A stretch of 64,000 bases of DNA from Gemmatimonadota bacterium (GTDB lineage: Bacteria; JBHIER01; G020348925), in the NCBI GenBank assembly GCA_020348925.1, contig CP070758.1, positions 4,525,775 through 4,589,774 of the forward strand, in the 5' to 3' direction. Position numbers and translations under genes: made by a program. Under the pieces are notes generated by a model. It saw only the letters and a program-made list of their open reading frames with translations. It was not told the DNA's origin and searched no databases. Positions 19,978 through 28,567 of the stretch are shown here, in pieces (position 1 is the first letter of the stretch; the number at the start of each line of letters is the position of its first letter).

Positions 19978-20319
19978 TTGAACCCCGGAACGATGGAGTT
20001 GCCGTGGTTGACAATGCAGCATGGCGCCGAGTCGGTAATGCCTGGCGATACAATTGTCGTCAGAGCGGGGGCGTATAAGTATCAAAAAGTTCTTCAAGCG
20101 AACCCCAAAGGCGATGCGAATTGTGATCCTCAATCAACATCTTGGATGCGGTATTTGCTATCAATATCATTCTGAAAAATGGTTCAACCAACACCTGATC
20201 AACAGTGGTCTGCCGATTGCAACGGACCGTCAGGACATTGTGAGGATGATGGGGGGATTGATATTTTGGACACAGTGAAAATTGTCGGGCTTATTTTAGA
20301 TCATGATGAATGTCCGTAA
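19978..20319 (+). pseudogene. Collapsed pseudogene: beta-helix (DUF1565-like) N-terminal motif joined to a frameshifted dockerin
   Basis: NPGTMELPWLTMQHGAESVMPGDTIVVRAGAY then KGDANCD; frameshift; INILDAVFAINIIL; frameshift; VQPTPDQQWSADCNGPSGHCEDDGGIDILDTVKIVGLILDHDECP* (20182-20319). Confidence 0.75.
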
Positions 20320-20453
20320 CGGGCCATCTTCAGCCGCACGGTATGAGCATGCTTGTTCGAAACGCTTACGCTTCAAAGAATAAACGGTTGTCTCGTTACT
20401 CTTTTTCACGCAATGACATAATGATACTTTTTCAGTCCATCCAAACTTTTTTC

Positions 20454-20482
20454 TTGACACACGCTGATACTGGTATTATAAT
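20454..20482 (+). promoter_or_regulatory. Consensus sigma70-type promoter
   Basis: TTGACA (20454-20459), 17 nt spacer, TATAAT (20477-20482), upstream of the HEPN gene. Confidence 0.85.
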
Positions 20483-20524
20483 GAGTTTTCGGAATAGTGG
20501 GTAGATCGAGGAAAGGAGTCGGGT

Positions 20525-20917
20525 ATGTCGACGGACGACAAACTGTACACTCCTGGCGATTGGTTCGAAAACGCCAGACGTGATTTGCAAAGAGTCGATG
20601 AACGACTCGAAGAGAACGAATGTGCGGACGCCGCTTTCCTTCTTCAACAATCATTAGAGAAATATCTAAAAGGATATCTTGTGTCAAAGGGCTGGGAGCT
20701 GAAACGGACTCACGATGTGGGAGATCTTTTGGACGAAGTTACGAATCACAATTCAGAGTATGCGCCTTATAAGGATCTGTGCAGAGTGATTTCGGACTAT
20801 TATTTTTTTGAGTGGAGTCCTTCGCCCGACAAAGTACCTCCGAAGGACAACATCGAGCGCGTCAAACTGCAGGCCCAAGAACTTATCTCTAAAATTACCG
20901 GTGAAGTACAAGCATAA
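20525..20917 (+). CDS. HEPN domain protein
   Basis: WFENARRDL...AAFLLQQSLEKYLKGYL...KRTHDVGDL; AAAGGAG RBS. Confidence 0.85.
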   Translation: MSTDDKLYTPGDWFENARRDLQRVDERLEENECADAAFLLQQSLEKYLKGYLVSKGWELKRTHDVGDLLDEVTNHNSEYAPYKDLCRVISDYYFFEWSPSPDKVPPKDNIERVKLQAQELISKITGEVQA

Positions 20918-20997
20918 TCGAAGATATTGCACAGAAGAGAGGATTGTTTAACAGCACAGAGAGTGCATTGGAGTCTTTTAATAATAAGGGGGAATAG

Positions 20998-23229
20998 ATG
21001 AAAACCTATGTGTTGGGAATGATGCCGAAACGGGTCTCTGTTTGTGGGATGGTTCTACTCGCAATGTTCCTTTGCGGGAGAACAGGAACAGCAGGTACAA
21101 AAGGATCCGAAGGCGTAAGAGTACTATCCAATTGTTTGGCTGATACCGTGACTGTCACTATCGGGAAAAAAACCGCGCCGGCCGGGGCAGTTTTCACGGT
21201 CCCAATATACGTCACTGAAGATTTGGCACCGTATGGAGTTCTTTCCATGGAGTTCAGGCTGTTGTTTAATGCCAGTCTGCTCTCTTTCCGCACAGTGGCC
21301 AAGGGCGAAATTATACTGGATAATAAATATCGATTCTTTTATGGTCATCAGGGAAACAGAATCTTTGTCGCCACAGCTGGAGAGGAACGGTTTGAAGGAT
21401 CAGGTACGCTGGCACTCGTCGAATTTCGGGTATTGGCGACCGCCCAGGAGGGTCAGACTGCAACATTCAGTTTCGAGCGTTTCCTGTTTAATGAAGCTGC
21501 CATAGGGCCCGCGACAAGAACCGTCGCCGGTTCTTTTACTGTCGGATCGTATCCCGATATCGAAGTCTCGGAATTGGATCACGATTTCGGGGAATTATCC
21601 GTTGGCGATTCAGCGTTTTGGACGGTCAGGATTTCGAACGAGGGCTGGGCCGATCTGATCGTTGAAAGCATGTCGGGTATACTTCAGGATTTTGGCGTGA
21701 TCTCACCACTTTTTCCCTATCAACTGGCATCCGGAGGATATTTTGATGCAACGGTCTTTTTTGCACCTGCGAATCTTGGCCTGAGGACGGACCAATTAAT
21801 TATCAGAAGCAACGATTATTTTGAAGAGGAGATACCCCTTTTTGTTAAGGGGGTGGGTATAGCACCGGATATTGCTCTGTCTGCTCGGGAGCATTCTTTC
21901 GGACAGGTGCCTGTGGGATATACCGCTGACTGGACATTTCACGTCTTCAACGTTGGAACGGACGAGCTGAATATTGATTCGGTTGCAGCGTACCCGCAGG
22001 TATTCACTGTTTTTGCTCCAAGCTTCCCCCAGACGGTTGCCGTTGGCGAAACGTTGGCCGTATCGACCCGCTTCATGCCCGTTGAGCATGGACAGACAGC
22101 GGGTGTCTTGTCACTCTTTAATAATGATCCGGATGAAAATCCCATCGATCTCTTCCTGAGCGGCATAGGAATTCCTGCTGTGCCTGAAATATCAGTTCCG
22201 GTCACCGCACACGACTACGATGGGATCTATATCGGGAGTACTGGAGAGTGGATGATGCCCATCGCAAATGTAGGAACAGCACCATTGACCGTCGATTCTA
22301 TCGTCTCAACCAGGGACGAATTTCAGGTAACCTCGATCATTTTTCCACAGACGGTGAATCCGGTGAGCGGGATTGATGTTACCGTCGACTTCCGACCTGA
22401 GAGCGTGGATGCGATTCGCGGAACCCTGATGGTGTACAGCGATGACACCACCCATCCTGTAGTCATGGTTACCCTAACCGGATATGGGTTGGAACCGGCC
22501 ATATTGACCGTTTTGGGCGGGCAGGGAAATCCGGGGACAGTGGCTAATCAAGTACCTGTTGCCATGGAGAATCAATGGCCGATCTCATCAATTGAATTCG
22601 TGTTGAGTTACCCGGAAAGTGTTCTCACGGTGACGGCAGCAATCCCCACCGAGCGAAGCCAGAATATGGCTCTCTTTCAAGTAGATTTACACTACGGTGT
22701 CGGAAAAGTGAAACTCTCCGTTTCTGATCAGACCCAGACCATTCAAACGGGATCCGGGAGTATTGTGAAATTCGCCATCAGTGTCGCCGAGGATGCACCT
22801 TTGGGGACGCATCCACTCACCCTGTCTGAAGTCATGTCCTTTGACGATCAGGGTCGGCACGTGTCTTTTGTGATGAGAGACAGCGTGTTCGCCGTTCACC
22901 CGGTTGGCGTACTGCACGAGGAGCATCACGGCCGTGAGCCTCAAACCTACGCTCTTTTCCAGAATTATCCGAATCCCTTTAATCCGGAAACCATGATTCA
23001 CTATTCAGTCGCTGGCGGCGAATCGCCCGCTCATGTTACTCTCGCCGTTTATAACCTCTTGGGACAAGAGGTGAAGGTCCTGGTGAGTGAGCCGCAGAAG
23101 GCAGGGTATTACACTGTGATGTGGGATGGCATCGATTCCTCCGGCCGCATAGTACCAAGTGGCGTTTATCTTTGCCGATTCGTAACAGCGGGGTTTGTGA
23201 ACACAAAGAAAATGATTTTAACTCGTTAA
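20998..23229 (+). CDS. Secreted scaffoldin-like protein: cohesin, 3x ASPM/Hydin (choice-of-anchor D) Ig domains, cohesin, FlgD-Ig/T9SS-type CTD
   Basis: Cohesin-like VTIG...FTVPIYV...SMEFRLLFNASLL...GSGTLALVEFRV and QVPVAMEN...IEFVLSYPESVL...GSGSIVKFAISV; three HDFG/HSFG/HDY...N.G...L.V.S...F.P Ig repeats; terminal QNYPNPFNP...YNLLGQEV...WDG...SGVY...KKMIL. Confidence 0.75.
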   Translation: MKTYVLGMMPKRVSVCGMVLLAMFLCGRTGTAGTKGSEGVRVLSNCLADTVTVTIGKKTAPAGAVFTVPIYVTEDLAPYGVLSMEFRLLFNASLLSFRTVAKGEIILDNKYRFFYGHQGNRIFVATAGEERFEGSGTLALVEFRVLATAQEGQTATFSFERFLFNEAAIGPATRTVAGSFTVGSYPDIEVSELDHDFGELSVGDSAFWTVRISNEGWADLIVESMSGILQDFGVISPLFPYQLASGGYFDATVFFAPANLGLRTDQLIIRSNDYFEEEIPLFVKGVGIAPDIALSAREHSFGQVPVGYTADWTFHVFNVGTDELNIDSVAAYPQVFTVFAPSFPQTVAVGETLAVSTRFMPVEHGQTAGVLSLFNNDPDENPIDLFLSGIGIPAVPEISVPVTAHDYDGIYIGSTGEWMMPIANVGTAPLTVDSIVSTRDEFQVTSIIFPQTVNPVSGIDVTVDFRPESVDAIRGTLMVYSDDTTHPVVMVTLTGYGLEPAILTVLGGQGNPGTVANQVPVAMENQWPISSIEFVLSYPESVLTVTAAIPTERSQNMALFQVDLHYGVGKVKLSVSDQTQTIQTGSGSIVKFAISVAEDAPLGTHPLTLSEVMSFDDQGRHVSFVMRDSVFAVHPVGVLHEEHHGREPQTYALFQNYPNPFNPETMIHYSVAGGESPAHVTLAVYNLLGQEVKVLVSEPQKAGYYTVMWDGIDSSGRIVPSGVYLCRFVTAGFVNTKKMILTR

Positions 23230-23343
23230 CCGAATCTGCGACGACTTTTTTTTGATCTTCGCGCGAGGTGTCCTACACCGTGTGATGCGTGTCAAAACAT
23301 CTCAAGAGCGAGCTTAACGGAGTGCGTTCTTGAAAAGTATATT

Positions 23344-25047
23344 TTACTCCGGAGCTGTGGACTGGCACGCACCGATTCCCAATATGACATTAATAATACC
23401 CAAGGCGTCGAGGATGTCGACACCATTGTCGCCGTTGCAGTCGGATCGGTCGAAGGGGGCACCCGTCAGTGGAGCTGTGCCCAGTATGTGGTTGACGACG
23501 GCCAGGGCATCCAGCACATCTATGCCATCTTTGCAGTCGATGTTCCCTTTTTCAAAGTCTTCCTGATCCGGATTGAATACCTCGGGACAATTATCCGTGG
23601 CACAGGTCATGGCCGGATATCCGGGATTCCCATACCCATCGCCATCGGTATCGACGCACGCATCACAGACATCGCCAATACCATCGCCATCCCTATCGGC
23701 CTGATCTGAATTGGTTTCATCCGGACAATTATCGCACACGTCACCGATACCGTCCGTATCGCCATCCTCCTGATCGGGATTGGAGATTTCCGGGCAGTTA
23801 TCGGTAAAACTGATGCTGCCATCTTCGTCGGGGTCGTCGGTATAGAGATATATTCTATCCGTTATGATGGTCACCCCGAGAGTGTTCCACGTATTGGCGA
23901 GAACGAGCACGCCGAAATTCCCCTCAGGGCAGAATCCGGCGTACGTGGCCACACCGGGATCGAACCCTGTATGCCACCAGACTGTTTTCCCTCTCTGATT
24001 TCCTCGAAACCAGGCGAGCCCTTGGTCGGTTGAGATGTGGGGAACCTGAGCGGTCGTCATGGAGTCCACGGTGCTGCTCTCAAGAACGCGCACACCGTCG
24101 ATCTCTCCCTTTTGCAACATGGCAATGAGGTGGCGGGCGAGCTGTACGTTGCTCGTTCTGATCGAGGCAACCGGATACAGAGCATAACCGATATATCCAA
24201 ACGGTACGTACGTCCCGTCGACATAATCGTATGTCATGGCAACCTTCTGTAGATCGAGACCTTCCAGGAACCATGAGGTTTCAGTCATACCCAGGGGAAT
24301 GAAGAGAGAATCCTGACAGTACTGTTCAAAAGGGACACCTGTGATGGTTTCAACGATGTATCCGATCAGGGCGAAGTTATGATTGCAGTACTCACGAACG
24401 GTACTGGGAGGGCAATCGCAAAAGTTGAGGGAGGGATAATACCGTCTTCCCCCCGGAACAAAATAATCGGCCAACCAGTCGCCCAGTTGCACCGGCGAAT
24501 CGCCTTCAACATAGAGGGCGCCCATGACATTCCAGTTGTCTCGCAAGCTTGAAGTGTGGGTCAAGAGATTCCGAAAGGTGATTGTTGAATCAGGGTAATG
24601 CGGGTTGTGGACCTCAAAGGGAAGGTAATCGTTGATGTCATCATCCAGTTCGATGTCTCCTGCTTCCCATAATTGCAACAGCGCGGCTCCAGTAAACGTT
24701 TTCGAAATCGAGGCGATCCAGAATAGGGTACTGTCTGTTACCGGAATATTCTCTTCAATATTGGCGTACCCGTATGTGCCTGTCCAGACAATCTCACCGT
24801 CGCTCACGACAGCCGCAGCCACCCCCGGCATATGTTGCAGTTCCATAGTTCGAAGGATAAACGAGTCCAAATCGGCAAGGTTCGTCATTCCAGGAGCATT
24901 GTGACTCGATGCCTCGAGGCCATAGCGGATCCATTCGTTTCTTGACTGCACTCTGAATGTTCCAGAGCCAGGTTTGGAGTTGGCGAAAAGGATCGTAGTC
25001 GCGATTGTGAGTACAAAAAGCAGGGAAAGCGTCATTCGATGTTTCAT
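23344..25047 (-). CDS. Secreted serine hydrolase (beta-lactamase class C/PBP-like) with thrombospondin type-3 repeats and C-terminal dockerin
   Basis: ASISKT (SxxK), LLTHTSS, YCN, HTG; repeats DNCP..SNPDQEDGD.DGIGDVCD; dockerin KGNIDCKDGIDVLD...SDCNGDNGVDILD. Start ATG 25047 with AAAGGAGA RBS. Confidence 0.88.
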   Translation of the reverse strand: MKHRMTLSLLFVLTIATTILFANSKPGSGTFRVQSRNEWIRYGLEASSHNAPGMTNLADLDSFILRTMELQHMPGVAAAVVSDGEIVWTGTYGYANIEENIPVTDSTLFWIASISKTFTGAALLQLWEAGDIELDDDINDYLPFEVHNPHYPDSTITFRNLLTHTSSLRDNWNVMGALYVEGDSPVQLGDWLADYFVPGGRRYYPSLNFCDCPPSTVREYCNHNFALIGYIVETITGVPFEQYCQDSLFIPLGMTETSWFLEGLDLQKVAMTYDYVDGTYVPFGYIGYALYPVASIRTSNVQLARHLIAMLQKGEIDGVRVLESSTVDSMTTAQVPHISTDQGLAWFRGNQRGKTVWWHTGFDPGVATYAGFCPEGNFGVLVLANTWNTLGVTIITDRIYLYTDDPDEDGSISFTDNCPEISNPDQEDGDTDGIGDVCDNCPDETNSDQADRDGDGIGDVCDACVDTDGDGYGNPGYPAMTCATDNCPEVFNPDQEDFEKGNIDCKDGIDVLDALAVVNHILGTAPLTGAPFDRSDCNGDNGVDILDALGIINVILGIGACQSTAPE

Positions 25048-25454
25048 TCTTCTCTCCTTTCGCTGCGTGTATGAACCATGGATCAAGGATATACGAGTAA
25101 TATGCTTGGTTTTGGCATCACGTATTACTTTAAGTCATTTATCTAACCTAAAAAAATAATAAAGTGTTTTAATTGAAGAAGAATATAAATCGAGTTGCTC
25201 TGTTTTCTTTGAGTTTTCTGGTCTTTCCAACCACTCGGTTTTAAGACACGCTTATTTGAAGCATTGTTTCAGCTTTCTCTCTATTTTTCCACACCTCAAA
25301 TGCATCAATTTGTTCAAAGGGATTTTAAAATACACGCTTTCTACCGCTGAGTGGAATTACAATTTTTTGGGTCTGTAATGAGTACAATGGCAGGGTTGAT
25401 TCTGTTTGAACCGGGTAGTGTTGTAAGAGAATTGAGAAAGGAGAGATAGATTCT

Positions 25455-26174
25455 TCAGTCTTTCAATTCCGGGTATTCGTGACGCTGCATCACCTCAGGT
25501 GTATTCGTGTTTGCTCCTCTGGTTGATAAGAGTTTTGATACTGGATAGGCTTCCATTTTTTCAGGATCAAACGGTTTGAAGAAGGATTGAATATCGTCCT
25601 GGGTCATTTCATTCTTGAGCCAATCTCTCTCTCGTTCTCGGCGAATGAGAACGGGCATTCTCTTTTTCGTATTATGGATTTTTTCCATGAGTGTATTTGC
25701 TGCTGTCGTTATGATCGAAAATGTACGGATTGTTTCTCCGTTCTCTGGAATCGTCCAGGCATCCCATATTCCAGCCAGGGAGAATATGTCATGCTCCAAA
25801 AGCGTTATGTAATAGGGATATTTTTTCTTTTCGACATGCCTCCACTCAAAAAAACCATCAACAAGAACGAGACAGCGTTTTATTCGTATCGAATGTTTAA
25901 ACGACGGTTTTTCGAAGATGGTCTCCGATCTGGCGTTCAGAGTTTTCGTCCTGAATGACTTGGCCGTCTTTTTGTTTTTGACCCACTGGGGTATGAGGCC
26001 CCATTGAAAGAATTGAATCGCATCCGGTTCTTGATTTGAAATAATAGGGAGGAGGGGGAAAGAGAACCCGGAGGCATGGTAGATCGGTCTGAACACAGGC
26101 GGTTCAACGAATTTTGCGTTGAACCGATTCTCTATGCTTTCCCTGTTTTGATCGAGGGATATGTTGTAGCACAT
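25455..26174 (-). CDS. SOS response-associated peptidase (SRAP; YedK/HMCES abasic-site-protecting family)
   Basis: N-terminal Cys2 (MCY), WGLIP, NARSET, RCLVLVDGFFEW, IH...RMP. Confidence 0.92.
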   Translation of the reverse strand: MCYNISLDQNRESIENRFNAKFVEPPVFRPIYHASGFSFPLLPIISNQEPDAIQFFQWGLIPQWVKNKKTAKSFRTKTLNARSETIFEKPSFKHSIRIKRCLVLVDGFFEWRHVEKKKYPYYITLLEHDIFSLAGIWDAWTIPENGETIRTFSIITTAANTLMEKIHNTKKRMPVLIRRERERDWLKNEMTQDDIQSFFKPFDPEKMEAYPVSKLLSTRGANTNTPEVMQRHEYPELKD

Positions 26175-26269
26175 GCGAGATACCTTTCACGTTTATGAGA
26201 CAGGAAATAAGCTGATGAAATTTGGCACAATTGAGCTCTTTGATTATTGAATTGTTCTATCCTTTGCTT

Positions 26270-26836
26270 CTATTCATTCGGAAACGTTTCCTGGATACCA
26301 TAGTTTTGTGTTCTTGCATCCTCGAATAGAAATATGTGGGGTGGATAGTAGGTGAACATTGAAAATGCTGCTATCAACATAACCATCACTATTACTGCAC
26401 AGAGTTTTGCAGGAGGACTTTTCTCCGGGGCAGTTAAGAGTTTGTAACTTACGAGTTGTCCAATGGCTATTGAGATGAAAAATATTGCAATGTCAGCTGA
26501 TAAGTAGTGGCGGCCTGTGATTGCTGTATACCCATAGAACATCACCACAATGACGAAGGGCATTGTAAGCAGTCCCGAGGTCTTCGCCAACCAGAAATTA
26601 TGTGCCACCTTCTTGGTGCATGGATATTCGATGAGGGCGAAGAGCATTCCAGGCCAGAAAGCAAGCTTGAGGTGTTCCCAGACGCTTTCGTTGACGGCGA
26701 ATATGAACGCTCCTGGTGGCCATCGGCCTACCCACTCAAATGTGAAATGGAATAAGGAGCCAACAATAAAAATAAAAACCAATCCCGACAGTTCCCATTT
26801 CAGCACAGAGTTCTGTTTTTTGGAAATCCGGTTCAT
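26270..26836 (-). CDS. Conserved membrane protein (DUF6512-like)
   Basis: GSLFHFTFEW...VNESVWEHLKL...FTYYPP..LFED; about 6 TM helices. Confidence 0.75.
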   Translation of the reverse strand: MNRISKKQNSVLKWELSGLVFIFIVGSLFHFTFEWVGRWPPGAFIFAVNESVWEHLKLAFWPGMLFALIEYPCTKKVAHNFWLAKTSGLLTMPFVIVVMFYGYTAITGRHYLSADIAIFFISIAIGQLVSYKLLTAPEKSPPAKLCAVIVMVMLIAAFSMFTYYPPHIFLFEDARTQNYGIQETFPNE

Positions 26837-27046
26837 TTCTTCAAGTTTCAGTTTACAGCAGGTAAGCGTTTCTCCTCAACTGAGGATTGATTTAATCTGT
26901 AGTTGGTATCATTGTCATTTACGAAATAATCGGAAATCTCTAATATTCGTAAACATATCCTTCAATTCTTCAGATTTTATAGAAGTAATGTTTAATAGGA
27001 GTAATGACTATCAAAGACATTATGTTAGAAAGTCAATAGGTATGGT

Positions 27047-27104
27047 AGTCTCCTTTCTTTAATTTAGAGATGTAAGCGTACACACTCACAAAGAAAGGAG
27101 GACT
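27047..27104 (+). promoter_or_regulatory. Hairpin sequestering the transposase Shine-Dalgarno sequence
   Basis: AGTCTCCTTTCTTT (27047-27060) is complementary, with one bulge, to AAAGAAAGGAGGACT (27090-27104), which contains the RBS of ATG 27108. Confidence 0.7.
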
Positions 27105-27107
27105 CCC

Positions 27108-28178
27108 ATGTGTACAAGTAAAGGTATAGATTTTTCAGGTCAAGATTTTTTTCTTGGTCTGGATGTTCATGCCAGGCAATGGAGGGTCACCATTCGGTAT
27201 CATGACATGGAGTTAAAGACCTTTTCTATGGATCCGTCTCCTTCTATTCTGGCCCGGCACATGCATCGCCACTATCCCGGTGGTCGATCCCATAGCGTCT
27301 ACGAAGCCGGATTCTGTGGATTCTGGATTCATCGAGAACTGAGTAGGCTGGGCTTTGATAATATCGTCGTTCATCCTGCCGATGTGCCGACTTCCAATAA
27401 GGAGAAGGACAGGAAAAGCGACGCGGTCGATAGTCGCAAGCTGGCCCGGGAACTGGCAAGCAAGAAGCTCAAGGGCATTTACGTTCTCGACGAGTTCCAT
27501 GAGCAGCTCAGATCGCTGGTCAGGCTGCGAGGCAAGATCACGACCAACAGCACTCGGGTGAAAAATCGCATCAAAAGTTATCTGTATGTGAACGGGATTG
27601 CCATCCCTCCTCGCTCAGAGTGTTCTCACTGGTCAAATAATTTCATTCGGTGGTTGGAGAACTTGGAGTTCGCCTTTCCGGCTGGAAGTCAATACCTGAG
27701 GCTGTGTATCGACGAACTCCGTTATCACCGTCAGCAACTGACTCAGGTGACCACATCCCTGCGGACATTGGCCCGGTCCTCTGGAATCAACCATATCATC
27801 GAGCTCCTCCGTTCTGTACCAGGCATCGGCTTTGTCACAGCTATCACCTATTATGCTGAACTGGTCGACATGGATCGTTTCGCCGGGGCAGACCGTTTGG
27901 CCGGCTTCGTCGGTTTGGTCCCTTCCGTTTCCGGTTCTGGTATCACGGAGCATGTCCGAGGGCTCACCAAAAGACGAAACCGATATCTGCGATATCTGAT
28001 CATTGAAGCTGCCTGGAGGGCTATCCGCAAGGATGAGGCCCTCTTGTATAGCTTCAATCAGTTGACGAAACGGATGAAAAAACAAGAAGCCATCATCCGT
28101 ATTGCCAGGAAACTGCTCAACCGACTTCGCTCCGTCTGGAGAAAGGAGATACCATACCGCCCAGGTGTCATGGCCTAA
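27108..28178 (+). CDS. IS110-family transposase/recombinase (DEDD RuvC-like plus Tnp_20 domain)
   Basis: GLDVH, YEAG, KSDAVDS (DEDD); SVPGIG, GLVPSVSGSG (Ser loop), RYLIIEAAW, IARKL. Reading frame intact. Confidence 0.95.
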   Translation: MCTSKGIDFSGQDFFLGLDVHARQWRVTIRYHDMELKTFSMDPSPSILARHMHRHYPGGRSHSVYEAGFCGFWIHRELSRLGFDNIVVHPADVPTSNKEKDRKSDAVDSRKLARELASKKLKGIYVLDEFHEQLRSLVRLRGKITTNSTRVKNRIKSYLYVNGIAIPPRSECSHWSNNFIRWLENLEFAFPAGSQYLRLCIDELRYHRQQLTQVTTSLRTLARSSGINHIIELLRSVPGIGFVTAITYYAELVDMDRFAGADRLAGFVGLVPSVSGSGITEHVRGLTKRRNRYLRYLIIEAAWRAIRKDEALLYSFNQLTKRMKKQEAIIRIARKLLNRLRSVWRKEIPYRPGVMA

Positions 28179-28204
28179 ACCTGATAAGGAACCATCAGCC
28201 TACC

Positions 28205-28340
28205 GTGTGGACCGCTTCATGATTATCTGCAAGTCTACCGGACTTGTTTTTCAAAGACTGCGGCCACACACTGCACGATCTGATAATGACCTGCGGCTCT
28301 GAAGCTTTCAGATGTCCGCTCATAACAGTATGATGGGTGC
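28205..28340 (+). ncRNA. Putative bridge/seek RNA (target-binding and donor-binding loops)
   Basis: Two consecutive stem/internal-loop/hairpin units whose loop strands match the element's own flank and end sequences (see findings). RNA boundaries are approximate. Confidence 0.7.
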
Positions 28341-28466
28341 TTAGCGGGTTTGCACTTTTCAGAGAACAAGAAAAACCAGACGATGTCTCACCAACATCTC
28401 AGGAAGGAGTACACCCTGTCCGAAAAAATCGTCAAGAAATCTCTTGACTTTCTACATAACAGATAA

Positions 28467-28566
28467 NNNNNNNNNNNNNNNNNNNNNNNNNNNNNNNNNN
28501 NNNNNNNNNNNNNNNNNNNNNNNNNNNNNNNNNNNNNNNNNNNNNNNNNNNNNNNNNNNNNNNNNN
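28467..28566. other. Assembly gap (100 N)
   Basis: Run of exactly 100 N; the sequence on the right starts mid-gene. Confidence 0.99.
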
Positions 28567-28567
28567 C

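Larger units (their letters stand above)
27015..28463 (+). mobile_element. IS110-family element, IS1111-type (subterminal inverted repeats, long 3' non-coding end)
   Basis: Left IR TTATGTTAGAAAGTCAA (27020-27036) and right IR TTGACTTTCTACATAA (28444-28459) match with one indel; shared AGA core at 27015-27017 and 28461-28463; DEDD transposase inside. Confidence 0.85.

Noticed and set aside
25455-28178. SRAP and DUF6512-like genes as cargo of the IS110 element
   Set aside because: Both lie outside the inverted repeats and core that bound the element at 27015.
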